A stretch of DNA of 64,000 nucleotides from Lytechinus pictus (taxonomy: Eukaryota), in the NCBI RefSeq assembly GCF_037042905.1, contig NC_087250.1, forward strand, positions 10,914,001 through 10,978,000, given 5' to 3'. The stretch's first letter is position 1. Each line of letters opens with the position of its first letter. The position numbers and the translations under genes are program-made. The notes under the pieces are model-generated. The model saw only the letters and a program-made list of their open reading frames with translations. It did not search any database and was not told the origin of the DNA. Below are positions 56,644 through 64,000 of the stretch, piece by piece.

Positions 56644-56644
56644 T

Positions 56645-59623
56645 AAAGCTCGATATTCTAATCTCTACATCCAGAAAGCATACTTGAAATCTCGTATCCC
56701 ATACTATACTAACGCTATCGCTAGTCTCAACATTAGGATCATATGCTGTGGTGATGTGAATCCTAATCCAGGCCCATGTGTTAGTTCACGTCTCTCTGAT
56801 AAAACTCAATTTCGATCAACTAGTAAGCAATTGAGTTGCATTTTGCTAAATGCCAGAAGTCTACGTCAGAAAGTACCTGAGTTCGAATCATATATATGTA
56901 CTTCCCGACCAGACATCATATGTATTAATGAAACATGGTTGAATGATGATGTTTACGATGCCTCCTTGGGTATTCCACAAGATTACCTTATATTTCGTCG
57001 TGATCGCCCTGGTAATCGGCGTGGAGGTGGCGTCTTGCTTGCTATAAAGCAGTACCTGATACCGGAACGGAAGGTAAACAATAGCTGTCTTGAAATCATC
57101 TGGGCCTCCTTGAAGAATGGTTCTGACTCATGGCTGATTGGTGTATTATATAGACCTCCCAATAGCAACACATCTTATTGGGATAGGTTGCAAGCTGAAT
57201 TAGATTTAATCAAACCTGATGATTATGATGGATGTCTCCTTCTAGGTGATTTCAATGTTGATATGTCGCCAAATGTTCATTCTTCAAATCGGATTCACTT
57301 GTCATCGATGATGAATGAGCTTGATCTGATTCAAATGGTATCCTCTCCAACTAGATTGTCGAATGAATCTTCCACTGAGGGATCAATCATCGATCTTGTC
57401 TTTACCAACCGCCAATTCGCTCTTCTGGATGTTAATACCATGGCTAATCCTGTGGAGTCTGACCACCTGGCAGTAAGTGTTCGCCTGCGATCACCTAAGC
57501 CTGCTCCGACGCCTTCAGTTCTCCGATCGTTTCTTCATTTGGAACAGGCAGACTTTGGTCATCTTCGGCATACTTTACACCTATTGCCATGGGGTTCTCT
57601 ATTGGATCCGGCTAACATTGAGGAAAGCTACGAACTATTTCTTGACCTGTTTCATGCTGCCGTCAATGATGCCATCCCACGTACCTTGAAGAAGAAGTCT
57701 AAATGTTCACCTTGGATCTCAACAGAACTAAAGAAACTTGTCTTGGTGAAACATTCTTTGTTTAGAAACGCTAGACGGTCTAAAAGACCTGACGATTGGA
57801 CTGCTTACAAAGCTCTTAGAAATAAGGTAAAGAAAGAAACTAGGAAATCTTACTGGACTTATGTGAACTCTCTCTTTACTTGTAAAGATAACAGGCGTAA
57901 ATTCTGGTCATTTATACGTAATAGAAAGCATGCTGTACCACCTCCTAAATTCAAGTTAAATGATATTAACATGTGTAAACCTTGTGACATTGCTAATGCT
58001 TTCAGCACTTATTTCTCCTCCATTTTTGGTCCTTCTTTACCTATTCCTAAGGCTCCTTCTTCGTGTACTTTGCCTATCCCTTCTCTCTCTGACCTGTCCG
58101 TCTCCACCTCTGATATTCATTCTGCTCTTCTTCGCTTATCCAAGAACAAACCACCGGGACCTGACGGATTGTTACCCAGTGTACTCAGTAACATTGCCCT
58201 CGAAATTTCACATCCTCTATCTATTCTGTTTAATGCTTCTCTCCACAGTGGAACTGTACCTTCTTCTTGGAAACGAGCCCATGTTACTCCTGTTTTTAAG
58301 AAAGGTGAAACATCCGACATTACTAATTACCGACCAGTTGCCCTAACATCTGTGTTGTGCAGAGTGCTTGAGAAGATGATCGTGAAGGCTATTGATAATC
58401 ATGTCGAATCGTTTGGTCTCCTCAATAGATACCAGCATGGTTTTACCAGAGGGAAGAGTTGTGTTACTCAGCTGGTGAATGTGCTCCATAGATGGGCGAC
58501 TGTCTTGGATAAGAGATCCCCACCACGAATCGACGCAGTTTTTCTAGACATGTCGAAAGCTTTCGACAAAATGCCTCACAATGCTCTTCTTGCCAAGCTA
58601 TCCTCTCAATTCAACATTCAGGGTAACCTTTGGAGATGGATTTGTTCTTTCCTTTCTAACCGCTATCAGTCTGTTCTCTTTCAGGGTTCAACCTCTCCTT
58701 GGATTCATGTCCCTTCCGGAATTCCGCAAGGGAGTGTTCTGGGGCCCAAGCTATTCAATCTCTTCATTAATGACATCTCCATTTCCCTTTCTTCTGAAGC
58801 TGTTCTCTTTGCAGATGACCTTCTTTTATTCCGTGTTATTTCTTCTGATGCTGACGAAATCATAGTCCAAAATGACTTAGATAGTTTGATACAGTGGACT
58901 GCCAGCAATGGTATGTCCTTTAATGCACAGAAGACTAAAGTTATGCATGTGACCAGGAAGAAAAGAATCCAAACTCCTCATTACTATTTAGGAAACGCAT
59001 GCATAGCATCCGTATCTTCATTCTTGTACTTGGGTATTACAATTAGTTCAGACCTATCATGGAACCCACATATTGAATCAATTGTCTCTAGGTCGAACCG
59101 TCTGCTTGGTTTTATCCGTGTTGTCGCACGTGGTGCTTCTACCAATGCCATTTTTGCATTGTATAAAGCTCTCATCTTACCAATCCTCGAATATGGCATT
59201 CCTGCCTGGCACCCGACGACCTTAACTCAATCTAGAAAAATTGAAAAGATTCAGCGTACGGCAACCCGCTTGGCTCTCAAGCAGAGGCGAGGCGAAATGC
59301 CGTACGATGAAAGACTTCAGGCACTTAACTGGTCATCACTCACATCTCGTAGGGACTACTTGTTATGCTCATTTGCATACAAGTGCCTATCAGGTTTATG
59401 TGACTGTGAATCTCTTCTTGAAAACATACTCATTAACCCACGTCATATGGAAGTTCTTTCCTTTCGACATCTTTCTTCTAGGACACAATCCCTTTTCTGC
59501 ACCCCCTCCAGAAGACTACCTCGACTGTGGGATACACTACCCAACGACATCAAGGATGTTGCTGTTCTTTCTCCTTCTACTTTCATCAGGTCTGTAAAGC
59601 AAGCAATTCTATTTCCTGATTAG
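56645..59623 (+). CDS. LINE ORF2: 2A-like leader + AP endonuclease + reverse transcriptase (5'-partial, no initiating ATG)
   Basis: APE motifs LLNARSL, ICINETWL, GGGVLL, LYRPP, LGDFN, SDH; RT motifs PGPDG, YRPVAL, QHGF, FLDMSKAFD, GIPQGSVLGP, FADD, YLG; CR1-type C-terminus YDERLQAL..SL..RR. Frame is open back to the insertion junction. Confidence 0.95.
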   Translation, partial: KARYSNLYIQKAYLKSRIPYYTNAIASLNIRIICCGDVNPNPGPCVSSRLSDKTQFRSTSKQLSCILLNARSLRQKVPEFESYICTSRPDIICINETWLNDDVYDASLGIPQDYLIFRRDRPGNRRGGGVLLAIKQYLIPERKVNNSCLEIIWASLKNGSDSWLIGVLYRPPNSNTSYWDRLQAELDLIKPDDYDGCLLLGDFNVDMSPNVHSSNRIHLSSMMNELDLIQMVSSPTRLSNESSTEGSIIDLVFTNRQFALLDVNTMANPVESDHLAVSVRLRSPKPAPTPSVLRSFLHLEQADFGHLRHTLHLLPWGSLLDPANIEESYELFLDLFHAAVNDAIPRTLKKKSKCSPWISTELKKLVLVKHSLFRNARRSKRPDDWTAYKALRNKVKKETRKSYWTYVNSLFTCKDNRRKFWSFIRNRKHAVPPPKFKLNDINMCKPCDIANAFSTYFSSIFGPSLPIPKAPSSCTLPIPSLSDLSVSTSDIHSALLRLSKNKPPGPDGLLPSVLSNIALEISHPLSILFNASLHSGTVPSSWKRAHVTPVFKKGETSDITNYRPVALTSVLCRVLEKMIVKAIDNHVESFGLLNRYQHGFTRGKSCVTQLVNVLHRWATVLDKRSPPRIDAVFLDMSKAFDKMPHNALLAKLSSQFNIQGNLWRWICSFLSNRYQSVLFQGSTSPWIHVPSGIPQGSVLGPKLFNLFINDISISLSSEAVLFADDLLLFRVISSDADEIIVQNDLDSLIQWTASNGMSFNAQKTKVMHVTRKKRIQTPHYYLGNACIASVSSFLYLGITISSDLSWNPHIESIVSRSNRLLGFIRVVARGASTNAIFALYKALILPILEYGIPAWHPTTLTQSRKIEKIQRTATRLALKQRRGEMPYDERLQALNWSSLTSRRDYLLCSFAYKCLSGLCDCESLLENILINPRHMEVLSFRHLSSRTQSLFCTPSRRLPRLWDTLPNDIKDVAVLSPSTFIRSVKQAILFPD
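56687..56776 (+). other. 2A/StopGo-like peptide KSRIPYYTNAIASLNIRIICCGDVNPNPG-P
   Basis: Matches GD(V/I)xxNPGP with N in place of the canonical E; located directly N-terminal to the APE domain. Confidence 0.75.
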
Positions 59624-60292
59624 GACTATTATGCTTTTCTACTTTTTCTGCTTAATACAATGATTCTGGTTCTGCCTTGGAGACATTTCCTTTTCATTAT
59701 CTCTGCCTCTCTTTCTCTCTCTCTCTCTTTTCTCTCCTTCTTACTTTGTATAAATTATCTCTTTCTCTCCAATCAAAATTATGCAATTATACAATATGCA
59801 CTTAATGCATGCTTTTTCTCTAGATTTTATCTTGTATTTTATCTTGTAAATTACCTTAATTATTTAAGACTTGTACAGGGATACTCTTATCCTTCCTCTT
59901 TATCTCCTCGATTCGTTAATCCAAAGCTGTATCTTATCCCCATTTCCTATCCTGATGAGTTTTATTGTGTTATCATGTGTTTTTTTCCATTCCATCCTAC
60001 TTTGGATTTCTACCCCCCCCCCTATTTTTTTCCGAACTCCAGTTACCCCAGATCTGTTTAATCTTATATATTTGAATTCCTAATTTCTATTGCAAGTTTA
60101 TTTAAAATGCCCCTTGCTTTACTGTTCAGCACCGAGGTGTTAATTTTTTACTATGTTATATCCAATTTTGCAGTGGTATTTTTTTCTATTGCTTCTCAAG
60201 ACTTTCTAATTAATTATTTTGTCACCCTTTTCAGTATTCCCTTTTTTAACGTGCAATATTTTGTGTAAGAGTATATATTTTATTTATGTCTT

Positions 60293-60376
60293 GGGAGCGG
60301 CATGTGTGGGGGCTCATGCCTTCGGGCAACAGTGATGTATTTCGCTTTTGTGCCCCCTGACCCAAATGCCGTTCCC
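60293..60376 (+). other. Multi-branched stem-loop in the LINE 3' UTR
   Basis: GGGAGCGGCAT/ATGCCGTTCCC outer stem, GGGGGC/GCCCCC inner stem, and hairpins TGCC-TTCG-GGCA and AGTGA-tgtatt-TCGCT. Confidence 0.7.
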
Positions 60377-60470
60377 GCATTTCTTTGCATGTTAATGTAC
60401 TGTAAATGTTATTCTAATGTAATGTATATGTTCTTTTTTATATTGGTCAAATAAATAATAATAATAATAA

Positions 60471-63400
60471 TAAAATATAAATACATGAAGGTGTATACTT
60501 ACAGGCTGTTAAATAAGGAAAAAGAGAAAGGATAACAAAAATATAAATATATTAAGGAATATTTTAGAAAACGCTCTTCGAAACGTACTTGGAACTATTT
60601 GTATTGTTAAAATAGGTTGGCCTGATTTCAAAAAAATAATTTTAGAGGATTGAAAAATGGAATTATTTCATTATCATTACCCTAAATATCAGTGGATTTT
60701 TTTTCGTACTTATACTGTGGGTAAATCAAGGTGACCCTACGTTGTATTGAAAATATCTGATTTTTTGAAAGAAAAAAAATTTCTATTGATATATTGGATG
60801 GACAAGAATCAATCTTATAGACATTCATCTAAATGATAGTCAAAAATGCTTTGAAATATAAATGTATGTGGTGTATACTTACTTTCTGCCAAATAAGATA
60901 AGGAAAAAAGAGGAAGAATAACAAAATATAGAAGCATTAAGAAAACTTTTCGAAAACGCTCTTCGAAACGGACTTGGAAATATTTGAATTGTTTAAGAGG
61001 TTGGCCTGATTTCAAAAAAATAATTTTAGAGGATTGAAAAATGGAATAATTTCATTGTCACTACCCTAAATATCAATAGATTTATTTCGTACTTATACTG
61101 TGGGTAAATCAAGGTGACCATACGTTGTATTGAAAATATCTGATTTCATGAAATAACTTTTCCATTGATATATTGAATAGACAAAAATATATTTTTACAT
61201 TTCTCTAAGGAATAGTGAACAAAGACCATTAAAATATAATTACATGAAGGTGTATACTTACCGTCTGTCAAATAACGTAAGGAAAAAGAGAAAGAATAAC
61301 AAGAGATAAAAGCATTAAGGAATATTTTCGAATACACTCTTCGAAACGTGATTGGAACTATTTGTTTTGTTCAAAGAGGTCGGTGTGATTTCAAAAAAGT
61401 AATTTTAGAGGATTGAAAAATAGAATTATTTTATTGTCATTACCCTAAATATCAATGGATTTATTTCGTACTTATACTGTGGGTTAATCAAGGTTACCAT
61501 ACGTTGTATTGAACATATCTGATTTCATGAAATAACTTTTCCACTGATATATTGAATAGACAAAAATCAAGCTTGTAAACATTCATCTAAATGATAGTCA
61601 AAATACTTTAAAATATAAACGTATGTGGTGTATACTTACTGACTGTCAGATAACGTAAGGATAAAGAGAAAGATTAAGAAAATGTACAAGCATTAAGGAA
61701 TATTTTAGAAAACGCTCTTCGAAACGTACTTTGAACTACTTGTATTGTTTAAGAGGTTGGCCTGATTTCAAAAAAATAATTTTAGAGGATTGAAAAATGG
61801 AATTATTTCATTATCATTACCCTAAATATCAGTGGATTTTTTTTCGTAATTATACTGTGGGTTTATCAAGGTGACCCAACGTTGTATTGAAAATATCAGA
61901 TTTTTTGAAAGAAAAAATTTTTTTCTATTGATATATTGGATGGACAAGAATCAATCTTATAGACATTCATCTAAATGATAGTCAAAAATGCTTTGAAATA
62001 TAAATGTATGTGGTGTATACTTACTTTCTGCCAAATAAGATAAGGAAAAAAGAGGAAGAATAACAAAATATAGAAGCATTAAGAAAACTTTTCGAAAACG
62101 CTCTTCGAAACGGAATTGCAAATATTTGAATTGTTTAAGAGTTTGGCCTTATTTAAAAAAAAAATAATTTTAGAGGATTGAAAAATGGAATCATTTCATT
62201 GTCATTACCCTAAATATCAATGGATTTATTTCGTACTTATATTGTGGGTAAATCAAGGTGACCATACGTTATATTGAACATATCTAACTTCATGAGGAAA
62301 CCTTTTCCACTGATATATTGAATAGACAAAAATACATTTCTACATTTCTTTAAGGAATAGTGAACAAAGACCATTAAAATATAAATACATGAAGGTGTAT
62401 ACTTACGCCCTGTCAAATAACGTAAGGAAAAAGAGAAAGAATAACAAAAGATAAAAGCAATAAGGAATATTTTCGAATACACTCTTCGAAACGTACTTGG
62501 AACTATTTATATTGTTTTAGAGGTGGGCCTGATTTAAAACAAAACAATTCTAGAGGATCGAAAAATAGAATTATTTTATATTCATTACTCTAAAATTCAA
62601 TGGACTTTTTTTTTAACTTATACTGTGGGTAAATCAAGGTGACCATACGTTGTATTGAACATATCTAACTTCATGAGGAAACCTTTTCCACTGATAAATT
62701 GAATAGACAAAAATATATTTTGACATTTCTATAAGGAATAGTGAACAAAGACCATTAAAATATAAATACATGAGGGTGTATACTTACAGGCTGTTAAATA
62801 AGGAAAAAGAGAAAGGATAACAAAAATATAAATATATTAAGGAATATTTTAGAAAACGCTCTTCGAAACGTACTTGGAACTATTTGTATTGTTCAAATAG
62901 GTCGGTGTGATTTCAAAAAAGTAATTTTAGAGGATTGAAAAATTGAATTAGTTTATTGTCATTACCCTAAATATCAATGGATTTTTTTTTCTCGTACTGC
63001 GGGTTAGTCAAGTTGACCATGCGTTGTAATGAAAATATCTGATTTCATGAAAAACCTTTTCCATTGATATATTGGATAGACAAAATTCAAGCTTATAGAC
63101 ATTCATCTAAATGATAGTTAAAAATACTTTGAAATATAAATGTTTGTGGTGTATACTTAAGTTCTGCCAAATAAGATGAGGAAACAGAGAAAGAATAACA
63201 AATAATAGAAGCATTAAGGAATATTTTCGAAAACGCTCTTCGAAACGTACTTTGAACAATTTGTTTGGTTTAAGAGGTTGGTCTGATTTGACATAAGTAG
63301 TTTTAGAGGATCGAAAAAAAGAATTATTTTATATTCATTACTCTAAAATTTAATGGATTTTTTTTTCGAACTTAGACTGCGGGTAAATCAAGGTGACCAT

Positions 63401-64000
63401 ACGTTGTATTGAACATATCTTACTTCATGAGGAAACCTTTTCCACTGATATATTGAATACACAAAAATATATTTTGACATTTCTCTAAGGAATAGTGAAC
63501 CAAGATCATTAAAATATAAATACATGAAGGTGTATACTTACGGCCTGTTAAATAAGTAAAAAGAGAGCGGATAACAAAAATATAAAAATATTAAGGAATA
63601 TTTTAGAAAACGCTCTTCGAAACGTAATTGGAACTATTTGTATTGTTCAAAGAGGTCGGTGTGATTTCAAAAAAGTAATTTTAGAGGATTGAAAAATGGA
63701 ATAATTTCATTGTCATTACCCTAAATATCAATGGATTTATTTCGTACTTATACTGTGGGTAAATCAAGGTGACCCTACGTTGTATTGAAAATATCGGATT
63801 TTTTGAAGAAAAATAATTTTCTATTGATATATTGGATGGACAAGAATCAATCTTATAGACATTCATCTAAATGATAGTCAAAAATGCTTTGAAATATAAA
63901 TGTATGTGGTGTATACTTACTTTCTGCCAAATAAGATAAGGAAAAAAGAGGAAGAATAACAAAATATAGAAGCATTAAGAAAACTTTTCAAAAACGCTCT
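60471..64000. repeat. ~380-bp satellite array (right part, continues past the window end)
   Basis: Same monomers and orientation as 19372-56643. Confidence 0.98.

Larger units (their letters stand above)
56644..60470 (+). mobile_element. 5'-truncated CR1-group (APE-type) non-LTR retrotransposon inserted in the satellite
   Basis: Satellite stops at ...gtgaacaaagacc (56643) and resumes in register at taaaatataaatacatgaagg (60471). Contains an intact ORF2, an ~850-bp 3' UTR, AATAAA (60450) and a (TAA)n tail. Confidence 0.96.

Noticed and set aside
56983..60083. Alternative-frame, antisense and 3' UTR ORFs in the LINE
   Set aside because: They are shadows of ORF2 or low-complexity pyrimidine-rich UTR translations with no motifs.
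22717..63866. Dozens of similar 60-105 aa minus-strand ORFs (MYSKIFLNAF..., MKSGQPLKQ...) suggesting a tandem peptide gene family
   Set aside because: They are translations of the satellite monomer, mostly start at GTG/TTG, are often frameshifted by poly-A length changes and show no domain or codon-level constraint.
19372..64000. CRISPR-like repeat/spacer reading of conserved anchors and variable slots
   Set aside because: The variable parts are homologous alleles rather than unique spacers, the period is ~380 bp, there are no cas genes and the context is eukaryotic.

Overview
AT-rich, repeat-dense eukaryotic genomic DNA. The repeat types resemble those of marine invertebrates such as sea urchins, but this is an inference. 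Bases 1-19,370 are a mosaic of nested non-autonomous DNA transposons (two with readable 8-bp target-site duplications), a tRNA-derived SINE and decayed LINE fragments. Four small minus-strand exons in this region, none shown as a complete unit by the ORF track, splice in phase to give the N-terminal half of a Roc-like P-loop GTPase domain (GPAGVGKT...ST.G). From about 19,372 to the window end runs a ~380-bp tandem satellite of roughly 105-110 monomers. It has mosaic monomer subtypes and young higher-order duplications of 2,908, 3,018 and 1,509 bp. The array is interrupted at 56,644-60,470 by a 5'-truncated CR1-group LINE with an intact APE+RT ORF2. That LINE carries a non-canonical 2A/StopGo-like peptide (GDVNPNPGP) before the endonuclease, a structured 3' end and a (TAA)n tail. 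A decayed L2-like LINE at about 13.9 kb carries a homologous 2A-like peptide (GDVQPNPGP). All coordinates were read by eye, so edges of decayed repeats are approximate.
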